Shown here piece after piece: positions 37,061-51,628 of a DNA stretch of 64,000 nucleotides. The notes under the pieces are model-generated. The model was not told where the DNA came from, did not search any database, and worked only from the letters and a program-made list of their open reading frames with translations. Numbering within the stretch: the first letter of the stretch is position 1; each line of letters begins with the position of its first letter. The position numbers and the translations under genes were made by a program. Source of the DNA: Fimbriosthenelais zetlandica (taxonomy: Eukaryota); contig OZ365116.1 in NCBI GenBank assembly GCA_977030845.1, positions 16,120,001-16,184,000 on the forward strand, given 5' to 3'.

Positions 37061-38924
37061 AGATATCATATGATTGCTTTCCTTCCATATCGCGTGTGAT
37101 AAATGGAGAAATATAAAGCGTAGAATTGAGACATGAGACGAAAGCCGGCTAAGCCAGCTTAAAACCTGTTAATTGATGATGAGAAGCTTAAATTTTCACC
37201 TCCAGGCTGAAATATGACTCTATTAAGGGATTATTCACTGGCTTATCTGATACGTTATAATGTTAATACCTAGTAAATGGGACAACAGTTCAGTAGAAGA
37301 GAAGATTACATGGGTGACAGTCTGTGTGTGTGTTGTACGGGTTTGTCATATCTGTGAGAAACATTTGAGACCTAGCTGTCTATCACCTCTGACCACACAA
37401 GACCTTCTGTCATTCTCTCTGTCTATTGATCATCCCTCCACTGTCAGGCTGAGCTCTATAGTGAGGATTAAATACAACAAAGACCAGTCTTTACTTGTAT
37501 TGATCTTTAATCCTGACCGAGGCCCATGTCACCCCTAACTCTCCCCTTGCCCTGCTACTGCCCCATGCGTCCACTTCCGGTCCACTACCTCTCTGACCTT
37601 TGTCCAGCCCGCTGACACGTGGTCGTCAACGTGACTGCTGGGCGAGAAGGTCAATCGTGACGTTTTAAACTCCGTCCAACAGTCGAGTATTGACGCCAAG
37701 TTATGTCTACTGGATCTTATACTCTGATCCCAACCTGATATCTCTTTTCTTTTCCCCTTTTCTGGGGTTGTTATTGTTTCTATAATTGGACTTCTGTTAG
37801 CAGCTTACCAGCTCACAGACCTACCCCTTGATGTCCTCTGTGTGTTTAGCTGGAGATTTAGGCTGCATTAACCTCATGCCTGGCTGTATTTATCTCATTA
37901 TTTTACATGCCACTAGTCGCCCTCCTTTATCTTGATGTCCTAGCTTGTATCATGTCAACCTGGGTTAGTGATTCACTACTGTGTTATATGACAGAGTGAG
38001 GAGGACGAGGATAAGGAGGAGAAGAGAGCAGGAGAGGTGGGAGGAGACACAGAAGGAAGGAGAGGATGGATGACTGGGTGTATGGGGGATATAGGCTGGG
38101 TACATATATGGAGGGGAGGGGCCTATACATATACACATGAAATATTCAGCCTGCTTGTGTAAGGTTGGTTCCCGTCGTCTATACCGTCTCCCATAGCCTG
38201 CCCGGCGACTTGCTACAGTTAATAATAGATCAAAGCTCGGGGTCCTGGAGCCCCCTCTCAGCGGAGTAGAGATGGATATACTGTATAAAAGTTTGATCAT
38301 CTTATGGTGGCACGAAATATGTCTGCAATAAATATGTGTACCAACCACCCCGCCGCACCTGTACCCCCAAATCGCCCCAGAAGTGGGCAATCACTATTAC
38401 TCATCCCATATACACCATATGCACGGCCCCAGCCTCAATTCTCAAAAGTCCATAATGGTCAAAATGATAATTGCCTGAACAATGGAAATAAATTAATGGA
38501 GGATAGAATAAAAGGGATAAAGGACAAATGTAAAATTGGCACATACAAATATCCCTCGTTTTCATATACTTCTAGTATCTGTATATGGCAATGTTTTATC
38601 TACTACTAGGATAGTAGTACATAAAAATGAGACATTGACCCAGGCAAACATTTACTCCTCTTCCATAATTTCTGAATGAAGTTGTGGGTTAATGTGACTC
38701 TTGCACTTCCTATTTTCACCTTGTAATATTGATATGATTGTACGCTATTGCTGAATAGATTTTTGAGTTCATAACTGAACCTACAAATATGCCGCGTTTC
38801 CATATACTACTAATCTCTGTATAAGGCCTGAAGGGCCTCCAGACCAATGTATGTGGGGTAGTAGTAGACAAAAATGAGACATTTACTCGGGTTCATATTC
38901 AATGTAAATTCAAACATATTGATT

Positions 38925-38971
38925 GTATTCCTTTTTTATTTCCAGGTATGTAACTAGGCAGATTGGTGAGT
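38925..38971 (+). other. Candidate recursive splice site with 20-nt RS-exon
   Basis: attgattgtattccttttttatttccAG|GTATGT at 38944-38951, followed 20 nt later by G|GTGAGT (38966). Confidence 0.5.
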
Positions 38972-41900
38972 CTGTATTTTCTCTTCATCATTTTAATATT
39001 AAGATAAGAATGTTTACATGGTAAGTTCATTGTATATTTCTCACTATACATACATGCCACATCTTTCACCCAAACAGCGCGTGCCTTTTAGCGTTATGAC
39101 CCAGTGTCCATTTTCAGTGACAACAGGAAATTCATTATTTCCTCCTTTGAGTCCCAATTGATGCCATAAGTGTTCACTTCCTCAGTGTTACACACTTAAT
39201 TGGTGTCTCCACCTGCCGCTAGAGGCCTGGGTGGCAATGCTGGAGGTAGTTCAAATCTAAGTCATTTTATCCTACAATGAGGGAGTATGCAGGTTGCTAG
39301 AAGCCTGGTGGGCGAAAATTATACTAAATTACACCAATTAACTGTCTACACATCTCATTATGACGTCATAATCGCGTGCACTTATGATGTAATCCATGTG
39401 CATCATAGGATATGGGCATAAAGTGATGTGGAAACGAGAGATGGGAATATATAAAATGACGGGGGTGGAGGTATTGGATAGAGAGCATAAAAATACTGAG
39501 AAAAGGAAAAAGAGAAGTTGGGATAGTAGTTGAATTGTGTATAGACACTAATCCCTGAACACTTGACAGTGAACCGCTCCCAGCATGACAGCATGGCTGT
39601 CAGTTTGACAGAATGACTCAGCAAAAACACAATACTTGTCTGGACTGCTTATCAGACTTGAAGTTAGACTCGAGTTTTAACCTCGATCATTAATCCGTGT
39701 CATTTATAATGTCCCTAAAAGTTAAAGCAAGAAAAATATGATATTTTTTAAGTGCACTACAGCATAATTTGAGAAGGGCACGCAAGGCACAGGTGTCTAA
39801 ACTGTCTAAGATAACACAGAGTTTGATTCAGACTTTCAGGATCTGTCAAGCCTATGCTGCTAGTACTAACATGCCCATTTCAAGTTGGTTTAGATCCTAC
39901 TCTTGCCTCTACTACCATTTTTCTGCTAGCATTGCACCACGTTGTGCTGAGAGGTCAGGACCTTTTCACTGTTCAATACCGGATGAGTCCCCTCCCCCCA
40001 TATCCACCACCCCCTGCCTGTTTAATGGACTCAACCTCTTTCCTTTTGTGTCCTCCCCGCGGACTAATACCTCCATTCATCCTCCTAACAACACACAATG
40101 AATGCCTCCACTCAACCTTCCGCCATAATAACTAGTCCCTAGCGTTGCTCTGCTATTTGCCTAATATTACCATTCCCTGCTCGGCTCCACATTTCCACTT
40201 CCGTTACGATCGGACGGGCCTCTTTTCAGGCCCTTGTGTAAGGTGTATTATGGGTATTAGTGGGGTGGGAGGGGGCCTGGCTGGGGGAGGGGGCTGGGTT
40301 AGATGTATTATAGGTATTAGGAAGGTGGGAGGGTGTAGGTGAGTGATAATGGGGGAGATGAGAAGAGAGGGTGGGCGATATTAGGTGTAGAATTGATGTA
40401 GTGTGTTAACATGTACTTGTTCTGGTCTGGTATGCTGCCAGCATGGCTGGGGGATGGGGGTTGAGTAGCCTATTGGGGAATGCCCCCTCCCCTCACACTC
40501 TTCTAACACTCCATTAAAGTTGTATGCAGGTGTGGCCACCAGGGGAGCCAGTGTATATGGAGTGGGGCGGTTTCCCCCGTCCGCTGATGTCTGTATCATC
40601 AGACATGCAGCATGATTCCATTGCGCTGTTATTTAGCCATTTATTTGGCTGGATGCCTTATTCGGCTTGTGGTATTATCTGGTTGGCTGGGCAAGGAGAA
40701 TAGGGGAATGAGAGAGGAGATAGAGAAGCAGCTTGTGTACAACGCATAGCCAGGATCAATGATAGACTCTATCAGGGGGAGGGTGTCTAGCATAATCCAT
40801 CATTTTGATATGCAAATGTTCCAGATGTCTTTGGATATGCTTGAACTCGATATGCATGACCTAAATTGAAGAGAGCCAATGGTTGCCAAAAGTTTTATAC
40901 CAGCTGATGTATCAATACTGAATTCCCCCTGTCTCCCCAGACATGCTCCCCCTGTATCCCTGGTTACAACACTCGTGTTTACATGTCGAATATCATGCTC
41001 TCTATCATCCCATCATCTGTTTGTCCAGGTCTTCTAAGCACTACTCACATGACAAACAGATCACTTATGTCGTACTGGCGAGGACAGAATGTTCCGGCTC
41101 CTATCTCCGTTCCCCCGCCCCCGTTAAATATCGTACCGTATAGGTGCTCTCTCTGATGTAGAAGTGTATAGGTGGCTTGTATATCTGCCCGTCTGATGTA
41201 GAGGTCTATAGCTAGGTTATATTTCAGGGCCTTACTTTGTGGTACAGGTCTCTAGCCATGTGTTCATTTCAGCATATTGGCCTGTCAGTTGAGACGGGAG
41301 GACAATATGAAAACGATGCCCGCCTGCTGCAATGATCTCCCTCCGTGATCCGCCACTTATTAAACATGGCTCCCACTCCTCCCTGCCTCCATGTACACGC
41401 TCATAATATACTGGATGAGAATGAGCACAGGAAATGGGAACACCGCTATTCGCATATGTTCATCTTTCCATTCCCTTTTGGGTAGAATTTTCTGCGAGAA
41501 CAATATTGAAATGTATGCCGGCTCACAGACCTGTTTGGGGTTCCTCCCATGTATTCTGTCTTGCCATATTTAATGCAAAGGAAGATAACTCATTTGTATC
41601 TCACATTGAGGAATGGGAAGCGATGGAATCTGCCTGGAAATGGTAAGAATTATACCCATAACCCTTCAGTCATCTGGTGCTTTTAATGTGAGAAATCGAA
41701 GGCCCTTTTCCTGCAGAAAACTGTACACATACTGATGCAGCGTATTGGCCTGTCATCTACTGGGGATACTGCCTGTGGTTGTTGTTGGAGTATCATATCT
41801 TGGCCTCACTATAGGCTAGGCCTGCTCCTGCAGCAGACTGAAGCATCTTCCCTTCATACATCCCCCTACACACACCCTGCTTCCTACATCAAGACTCCCT

Positions 41901-42993
41901 ACATCAGCCCAAGCAGCAAAATTACAGCCAGGCACATCTTAATACACATGATCCAGGCAGGAGATTGTCCATAAACACTAGAACTCTGATATATTAGACA
42001 GATGTTAAGTGTATGTGTAAGTGCAATGTGCTCGAGTCACGTGTAAATGCACTTTGCCGTGACTCTAATGTCTACCTAATTAATGATCCTAAAGTGACTC
42101 TGATCAGATGATCTCTGTCCTGTGTCACATGACCTTGTAAGAAAACCTGGACATCAATTATCGATGACGTCCTCCGCACTCCCTCATCCATTACCCATGA
42201 TGCTCCTATTCTGTGTACACAAGAAGTGGCGACAGTTGGCGGTCGGTGCTGGCGGGTAAAACGCCGATACACAGATCCATGCCCTGTCATCCGGCGTGTA
42301 AATACCAGCTTTTACTGCCACATCATTGAGCAGGATTCACACCATCTTTCTTAATGTTTGTTTTTAATACAAAAATACAGAGCATCTTATTTTGCTCTTA
42401 GGGGTTCTTCATTTCATTATCATTTCCTCAGATCCGACTGTTCCGGATTCTCTTCAACATGCTATCGATTTATTGAGGTCTGAAGAAACATAGAGCTCTG
42501 ACACTCTAGATCAGTTGTTTAATCTTTGTCATCTCAGACCTCTCTCGGCAAACAACTAAATTTAAGAAAAAGATGATAAAGACCTCAACCATGAGCCCTG
42601 AAAAAGCAGTAAAGATAATTGCAGGAAGACTATAAACAATTAAACCAATATCCGGCTATACATCCTCCCAAAAAACCCTGCCTGCCCTAGCAGGAAGCAC
42701 TAAAGACCATAAACCTTAATTAGGTCATATATCGACTGTGGTCTAAAGAGCAGAAGACAGCCTAAAAACGCCGGTAAATACTTATTGTTGAAGACCTAAA
42801 TCTCACAATGGATCTACCCCTTTAGAGAGCTCCCATATCAACTACATGTTTATTTCATTGCTATGTATAATTAGCAGCAAATAGGCATATAAATTGAGCA
42901 CAGTGAACATTTTGTGGCTGTATTATGTCCCCACCACCCCCTCCCCATCAGCCCTCAAAATTACATCAGCTCTTTTTCCACCCCCTGCAGGTG

Positions 42994-43007
42994 GTTGCCA
43001 TGGTAAC
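42994..43007. promoter_or_regulatory. RFX X-box
   Basis: GTTGCCATGGTAAC, near-perfect palindrome. Confidence 0.55.
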
Positions 43008-46000
43008 TCGTCTATTGTTCCGCGCCTCAGTCAGTAAAATATATTGTCTAAATAAGGCGTTAAATAGGCTAATGAATGAATGGTGCATCATGTCCCTCCA
43101 CTTTCCAATTGTAAGCTGCTGTTTGAATTGCATGCTTATTCTCTAGCAAATGTATTTAAAGATTCAGAAAGAGATTTGTGGCATTTTTCTGACTCAGAGG
43201 TAGAGGATCTGCTATAGATATCTATTCATCTTCAAACTTTAAGCAGGATACTGGTACCCTTCCTGTTCCTCTTCCTTCTCTTCCCTTTTATCAACTGCTG
43301 CTGCTCTTCCTCCTATATAATAACCCCCTTTCCCCTTCTCTCTCAACCCCCTCTATACACTTACCCCTCACCAGACCTGGCCCCTCAATCCTGGAGCCAA
43401 TCTGATTTCATGGTTTATAGCCCAGTTTTTCCAGGCAGTAATTCTCAGGCTGAGCCGCCCTAACCCAGTTCTCAGGCTGACTGATGTGGTATGATGAGGT
43501 ATGGTCGATATGAGGGCGCCGCGCGAGGCGCACCCCGCGGGCGCGGGAAGCGCTCTAATACCTCTATCAATAACGCGTTTACCTCACCCAGTTATTGGCT
43601 CCCATCTAAAGCAAGCAGTGAATCTAATCAAGAAATAAAAAGATGGCAAGAGTTTATCTATTGTCACGTTCTGATGTCCTGAAAGGCTGGAAGTCTTGAC
43701 AGGCTGGTAGCCAGAGAGGCTGAAATATAAACTCTAATCTATATGAGAGACAGGCACAAGTAGTGGGAGCATTATCCACTGAAGTAAAAGATCTCTCCGT
43801 GCTGCTGGAAAGTTAATAAGTAGGTAGTTTTATTTTGAAGTTTCATTGGGAGTACATATCTGATGTGGAAGAGACGTGTAAGCTGGGGTATAGAGGAGAC
43901 GGCTCACAGTCTAACTGCCAGCTCACGTAGCGCCACTTGATTGGTTGATCGTACTATGAGATTTAATGAGGGGAATAGACCTTCCATCCTGCGCATCCCC
44001 GGCATCCTCCACTCCTTCCCTACTTCAGTATATATATCAAGATGTATGTCGGAAGTAAATTAATTTCTTTCACACTTCCCCTCCCCATGAGAACATCCCC
44101 AAATCAATAGATTTAAAACATAAAATGAAATAATTTTATGAGTGATCTCTAAGCTAGGTCTATATCGAGCAGGGAGTGTGGAGAGTAGAGTGGATGTGAA
44201 ATCCCCTGGTGAGATGAGAATAGTTGAAGAAGCCCAGTTGAAACCATGATTTCCCCCGGGAAGCACTGCTCTTCCCAGGTCAGCTACGTCAGACGTCACC
44301 CCGTGGGCACCGTGACGTGACACCGGTAAACGACAGTTGACAGCGGGTTAGGCTGAACTGGGGGCAAGGATTGAGGCAAGATCTCTGGTGAGCTGGGGGT
44401 ATGGGTGAAGGGTGGGGGAGGCAGGAAGGCAGCAGTCATAAGGCGAGAGAAGCCATGGGCTGAGAATGGAGGCAGGGGCCAAGTGCCCTTGGGGCTTGGT
44501 AGAATATAATTGGGAATTACCTGTGGTTCTGTTTTAAAATTTAGTTAAATGTAATTTGCCTCAAGAAGCGTCTCTGCGGGCCTAGTCATCATCGTTTTCA
44601 GTCTGTGATGATGCTGCCTCTCTTCTCCTTCTTTGCCACCCACCAAATTCATACCTCTTCTTTCTTCCCTCATTACCTAGTGACTAAATATATATAGTTG
44701 AGAGCTGGCTGCCTTAGCCGTTGTATATGACAGCTCTTATTCCCCATCGTCCCCCTTCTTCCTCCAGCCTCCTACATACTGTGACGAGAGTAGCTGGCAG
44801 CCTACACCTCCCCTTCCCTGTATATGACAGCTCTCTTCCCCCTTCCTCCCTCCCCACACCCTCAATACCCATGATCCTCTGCCCAGCTGCGTCACCATCA
44901 GATCATGTGATCGTTAGTGCGAGACTCCATGAGGTTCAGCGAGATTGGCTAGTTCTGAAAAACGCTGGTAGGGGGAGCACTGTCACTGACAATGACACAT
45001 AGTGGGCGGTCGGGGAACTTAATATCTTCCTTGGTGCTTTAGTCTGTACCTGGTAATGTCAGGGTCCACTAAGCAGATTTTCTCTCAGATGGCAAATACA
45101 TTTCAGATTGCCCCAAAAAATTATCCAGTTCTTGTTATAGATACCTGCTGCGCAGAAGGCAACTTAGAACTGCACACAAAAGACTACCGCCGCAGACGAT
45201 CGGATCATGACTATGCTCATGTCTATGAACAGGAACGTACCTAAAGGACGTGACTGATAATTGCAAGCTGGAAAAAGAAATTATATTGGCAAGGTACGAA
45301 TCTACCTCAAAATATAGGCAAGTAAAGATATGGCACAGGAGAGATATGAACAATGGCAAGTTATCCATTGGCAACAGATGAATGATTTCCTCCGCTCACG
45401 TTTTATCATGAATTAAATCAGTAAAATCAAGGCCAACTGATACATTCTAAATAACAACCATGACCCACCTGCTCCTCCCAAACAAAACCTCTCTCGTGTC
45501 TAACCCTCCGGGGATATACGGGTTTGTAGGAAGGATGGGGGATGGGTTGACCCGGTCAACAGCGATCCATAGTGGTAAAGTGATACGGTATCTAGATGAG
45601 TACGATCTATGGATGCCTATTCCCTCCGTCTTAGCCAACCCCTGCATGCTAGGACTGTAAGAGGCTGTTGAGAGTTAAGCATAGCCATATCGGGTGTTAC
45701 ATTGGTGCTGGGATTATACTTCCTCTGTGGGTGAAATAAAATGTAACCACAGATGAAAAAGGGGAGCTTTAAGGTAGGGGGATGAGAGGATTCCTAGCGG
45801 GAAGATAACATGCATCTTGATTACCATGATTAGCTTCATACCTACTCTTCTAATTATTACTGTCTACACAGGGCCCACCAGCCATTTTTCACCTCATCCT
45901 GCTCCGCCTCTTCCAAATAGCTAATTCTTACAAATAGCTTATCTCCTGCTTTCGCGCCTACATCTTGTTTTATTTTCAGAATATATTATTAGCTCTGCTC

Positions 46001-49000
46001 GCCAAAGCTGAAGTAGTTGAACTAAATGGTACTGTCAAGATCTTTATTGGAAACTTTAAATGATATGGTGGAAAATTTTCTTCACAATAAGTTGGGTGTT
46101 TTGAGATATGACTGTCCAGAGCCATGCCAGCCAGAACGCCAGTATCTGATATCCTTTAGTGGGTATAATAATTTCTCGCCTCACTTGCTATTCTGAAGAC
46201 AGGAGTTTGGGTCATGATGGCCTTATTTGTTATTTTTCATCTAGAAACACCCACTTCCTACTTCCCCCAACTTCAGCTTGCCCTTGAGCATAGTTACAGT
46301 AATAACTCCCTGTAATTTATTGCCCTTGGATTTTCCCATTTACTTCTTGATTTGCCTTTTGGCCCGACCCACACCTTGTGTTGGTGGATGGATGGCAGTC
46401 ATGAGACCTTAACTCCCGCTGCCGAGTTTGTCTCTTCAGTATGAACGGTTTAAAACTGGAGTTTGCCCATTTAGTTAGAGCATAATTCTCTCACAGCATT
46501 CCCAGTATTGGTAGGTTGGAAACCCAATCTATGCAAGGCGAGTGTCGTTAACTGCCTTACATCATTATTGACCTCTTTAATAATATGAGTATGGATTTTG
46601 CTCATTGCTCTAACCCTGTATGTACTTACATTATGCACTGTCAAGAGCCGGGCTAATATAGATTCCCCCTTCTCTACCCTCACTCCCTTTCTCCTCTTCT
46701 CATCCCCACTCCCCCGCTTTCATTCTCTGGGAGATATATCAATAACATTCATCATCAACTTACTCGCCCTCCACCCCTGCCTACCATCCCAAGTATCCCA
46801 TTACCTGAGCCTAACCGCTAGATTAATTTATCTTGCCAATGAAGGCAGTATAATCAGATTGTGTTTGCTGGTCGCTTCAGTTGCTGATTGTGCAATCGCT
46901 GTGACCAATCAATACCACTAGCCTGCCATCATAGCCTAATGTGGCCAAGCGGCTTGATGGCCACTCTGTGGGAGACCAGGATGTTGGAATGGTGTTCAAT
47001 GGTGGGGCTGGAGATGGCAGAGAAATAATTTCTTTTTCACCCTCTTTTGAGCTAGGGGTTTTTAAAGCGATGTTTGTTAGGTTCTATAGTGCCTGGTCAT
47101 CCACGTTGATGATGGTGGTATGGGGTGAGGGCAGGTCTTGGTGGAGGGTAGAGTACTGGAGTATGTATAAACCTTGATGTAATCAATTATCAATCATTAG
47201 GCTTGATATCAGTCACCAGTCATCCGCCTAATTGTTGGTGTGGACGGCCGCACATGTTGATGTTGGAACAGAGGGTAGGATATAAGACAGGAGAATGATT
47301 GGTAAGTACTTTATAGTTGAAGTTCAAAGCAGGCTGGAATTGGTGAAGGGATTTTGGTGTACCAGATTCTGGATTCTAAGGTCCTGAACCCTGCGTCATT
47401 CCAGTGCGTGAAAAGCCTGATGGACACTCAGTTCAGAGGGAATCTTGACTTTAGTATGTTTCTGAGGCATGCCCTCAGTTCATCAGTAAATTGGATGCCG
47501 GGTGCGAGGTGAGAGACAGTGTAGCAGCGAGGTGAGAATGATGGAGACAGGAAGTGAGGCAGTCACATGATGAGGAGCAGCCAATCAGGAGGCAGGTCAC
47601 ATACACAAAGCTGGCACGTGGTGTTCATTACGGCGTGAAATCCGCCTGCCCTGCCCCAGATGTCCGTCCACCTTGAGTTCCAAGATTCCAGCCAATTTAA
47701 ATAACCAACATTTCTAGATGTTGCAGAATTCCCAACAATCTATTGCTGGGTATCAAAGGTGGATTTCTTTTGCAACACAACTGAAGTAATGGAGGTTTCT
47801 TGATCTTTTAAATTGTGAACAAGTCCTTCAAAACATACGAGAGAGAGCCAGATAGTAACCCTGAGGGAGGGTTTTCGTGAAGAGAACAGTGGGAGTGGGC
47901 TGGGAGAGGATGGAAGTAGGATTGAGATGAGATGGTATTGACTAATTTAATCAGTTAATTAGTGGAGAAAGATAATGAAGGTTTATAGGGGGATTAGCAC
48001 GCCTGGTGGCAGCTCATGGTGTGTGGTCTCTGGAGAGGGAACCAAAACTTGAGACTTGTCAGCAAGTCTTCTTTAGGGCTGCGGGCCTTCTTGCAGGTTC
48101 TCAGGGGTTGGCATGTGTATAGGGTTCAGATAATCTTGGTTGTATCCCCTTTTTGTCCCTTGCTGAAGCAGATCATGTCCCAGATTTTTTCCATGTTTCA
48201 TTGTTGAGGCTTACGGCACTTCCAGCTTCTCATTATACAGAATTAAAAGATTAAAATATCCCAATAGAATAGACAGGAGGGATGAGTGGCAGGATGAGAG
48301 GTGGAGTGGTTGTGGGGTCGTATAAGAGGTTTACTTCCCTGTGGGAGATTGGTTTAGCGAAGCATAGATCCGGAGTCAAACTATTTGCCATTACATGCCT
48401 CCCTCCCTTCCTTCTCCCCCTCCTACCCCCAACATGGCCGACATGCCCTGTACATGCCCCCTCGCCAGGACAACACGCCCCTAGAGGCCACATCATCCTC
48501 ACACAGCCTCTTTTCCATGTCCAGCCTCGACCTGCCATCGATTGGCACTATTTTCTGATGGCGGAAGTAGCTTTCTACCGCCTGCGTTAGAAGACTGGAG
48601 TTCTTGAGGTGGTGTTCATGCGCTGATTACTCAATGAGAGGAGAAGTGACAGGGAGAGGAGGGAGGGTGGCTGATTGAGGGAAGAGCCCGCAGAGGGAGT
48701 GTATTAGAAGTGACAGGGCTGGGAGTAAGCTGTGGAGGGTAGGGTATTAGTGAACAGACATCTGTGATTCTTCTCTATTAACATTTAAACCATCGATAAG
48801 GCATGATTCCAACAATTAAATGCTTTAGACACCTTATAATTAATTTTTCTGGTAAAAAATATTTTTGAAAGGTCTGTTTTATAGTTTCTAAATAATCAAT
48901 TATATAATTGTTTATTTGATTAACCTGAAATATAGATGGTTCGACTTCTTTAGAGATTCACAACAGTGAGTTGTCATCCGCGGGCACAGCTCCAATACTG

Positions 49001-51358
49001 CCCTGTCAACTGACATTACAGTACCAATCACTCTCCACCACAACTCTCCTCACTCTCTACCACAGCTCTCCTCCCCAGCTCTCACATTCACCAGCCTCCT
49101 CTTCCATCTTTTCTTCTATCTGACTCTCCTCAGAACTTTAGTCTGACCTGTCAATACACCGCGACTCAAAGGCTTCTCTTAAATCACTGGTCAAAGACAG
49201 CTGCTTTAGGTCCCTGCTTAAACCGCGGTTAAGGCGTTGGTTAAGACGCCTGTTAAAGATGCCGAATTGATTATTGGTCCACTGGTCAGTCAGAAGATGG
49301 CGTCAGATTCCACCCTCTGAGGTGAGGCAGCCTTTGTGTGGGGATAAAATGGCTCGCCTCTATAAAGGAAATGTGGCTATATAGACAAGACTAGAGTCTA
49401 GCCTTGGGAAGGAGGGAGGGGGCTGGGGTGTGATGGTGGCAGGGGTCAGGCGACATTAAATCATGGTGTTTGAACTATACATAGTATTTATAGTATTCTT
49501 TAGTCAGTGGGTTGAAGGAGAAGGGAGGGGAGAAGTTTTCAAAGTTTTAAATCTAGTCTCCTTGAGGGGGTATGGGGTAAGAGGTAGGGGTGAGGGTCAC
49601 TATAAAATATGGATACTCTTCTTCATTGAAGTGGCTGTGAGCAGGGCTGAGAGGGGTCGTAGTTGGGGAAAGATAAGAAGTAGCGCATGTGACTGGCAGC
49701 TGCTTGGGTAATTTCCCAGTTTGCATAATGCATTCAAATGATACTCAATAGTGTGCTTCCATTCTAGTTTTTCTTTCATGCATGTCTTTCTTAACATGTA
49801 CTTAGCAGTAAGTACTGAGACTCGAAGTAGAGATGAAGTGCTTATAGAAGAACCTTCTGAAGGGAAGGACACTTGATTTCGGATAATGGTTGGGTAGGCC
49901 AGAGTGATATGTGGACTTGGCAATTCTTCCATATTTTATAAAAGGTCGGGTGCATAAAGGCAGGCTGAGTCTATATTCATATGATGGCTATATATGTACC
50001 ATTCACAGGCAATTACCTACCTCCCCTTACCCATTCCACCTCCCTCCTTCTCCTACCCCCAATGCCTCCGCTTACAGTGAAATACAGAAGCTTTGACATC
50101 AGACATCAGTGCTTCTTATTCTCTGGCATTTATCAAAGACACAGCAGAGACTATTAATGTTATTCTGCTGCCTCACTGTCATCAATTAAGCTTACGTACA
50201 CCCTGCTCTGAACAATAAGAGATAGATCTACACAGAAACATGCAAGCTCAGAGAAAAAGCTATAGAATATGCACAAATAATAAATTATAAAATAAATACT
50301 CCACAAAAATAAGAATCTTATATAAGGTGTCCTCCGGGATATGGCTGCTTGTATGAAGGGTGTTCAAAGAGGATAATGAATCCCAGGGGAGGGTGTACAG
50401 AAGATAGAAGAGCCTTCTGCTGTTCCGACAAACAGCCTACCTCCCCCTATAGAGAGCTACCTTTGTGTGTACCATGTGACTCGCCTCCACCAATCAGCAG
50501 CTAGATTACAAGCCTGGAATCACGTGTTCTTGCCCAGCCTCTCTCTGATCTCCCTCTGGCGGCCGATCCACGCGCCGCTGACTATTATGGGATGGATCCT
50601 CTGATGGCAGCGAAGGCGTGTTATCTGTGAGGAAGGAATGAAAGAAACGGGAAGAGATAAAACCAAGCCTTGCCACGAGATGTCTCTCCCATCACTCTAC
50701 CTTTCCTCGGGGAGATGGTGTGGGGAGGGAAAGCCACGAGTAGGGTCTGAGAAAACCCCCAACCCCTCCACAATCTTACTTTTAATAACTCAAATATCCT
50801 TTTGTGCCCGCCTACCCACATAAATATTACCCCGTGCATTGCAACATCAGTTTATAAAAGTTGTTTATGATCTGCCTCCGGCCGAAGTGGCATCACTTCT
50901 GTCATTAAATGCTACATACAGAAGGGAGATTCTTGTACATGCTCATTTAGCTAAATCAGAGGAGTTGGTTAATGCACTCTCCCTTTTGTACTGTGATCTA
51001 AAAATCTATGATTTAACCTCTTCTTGTGACAAAATGTGTTTGCTATCTCATGAGATTGACAAGAATGAAAGAAGCTGTGAGATGTAGCGAGCCAGGCACA
51101 GGATCAACGATGTGTAAATGTGAGTGCCAGGGTTCCTCTGGGAGATTCACTTTACTCTAAAAGCCTCCACCTTTTGTGAGGCAACGTTTCCTGTAGCTTC
51201 TCCACTTCCTGTTTTCCCATCTGCTCCCATCTGGAGCGACTTGCTCTACTCAGGATGCGGGGCACGATAGAAACAACTTGTGACCTGGACACGAAATTCA
51301 CCTCCTGGACCTTCATCCTTAATTCAACAGGCTCTTCATTGCACAGGCAACAGAAATT

Positions 51359-51628
51359 GGCGGGTGATAATAGGGCTGATTGCCATAGACCGCAGTGTTA
51401 ACTGAGGGAGTAAAGAGTGGTGGGCGATAATAGGACTGGTTTCCATAGGCCTCAGTGTTAAGTGAGGGAGTGGAAAGTGGTGAGCGATAATACGACCGGT
51501 TGCCATAGACTGCAGTGTTAAGTGAGGGAGTCGAGAGTGGTGGATGATAATAGGGCTGTTTGCCATAGACCTCAGTGATAAGTGAGCGAGTGAAGAGTAC
51601 TGGGCGATAATAGGACTGGTTTCCATAC
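51359..51628. repeat. 60-bp minisatellite, about 4.5 units, with a 180-bp higher-order structure
   Basis: Units start at 51361, 51421, 51481, 51541 and 51601. Unit 1 most resembles unit 4 and unit 2 most resembles unit 5. The minus strand is open as 20-aa repeats VYGNQSYYRPPLSTPSLNTA. Confidence 0.97.

Noticed and set aside
45056-45374. Possible Crypton or tyrosine-recombinase remnant (DCPK...YRYLLRRR)
   Set aside because: Catalytic motifs not found.
46471-46683. LHRLGFQPTNTGNAVREL resembling RT motif QxGFR..ST..A
   Set aside because: No following DLxKAFD motif; could be chance.
47455-47490. Minus-strand CTGATGA-AC-TGAGG/CCTCA-GAAAC hammerhead-like string
   Set aside because: Non-canonical core junction, no stem I pairing and no PLE context.
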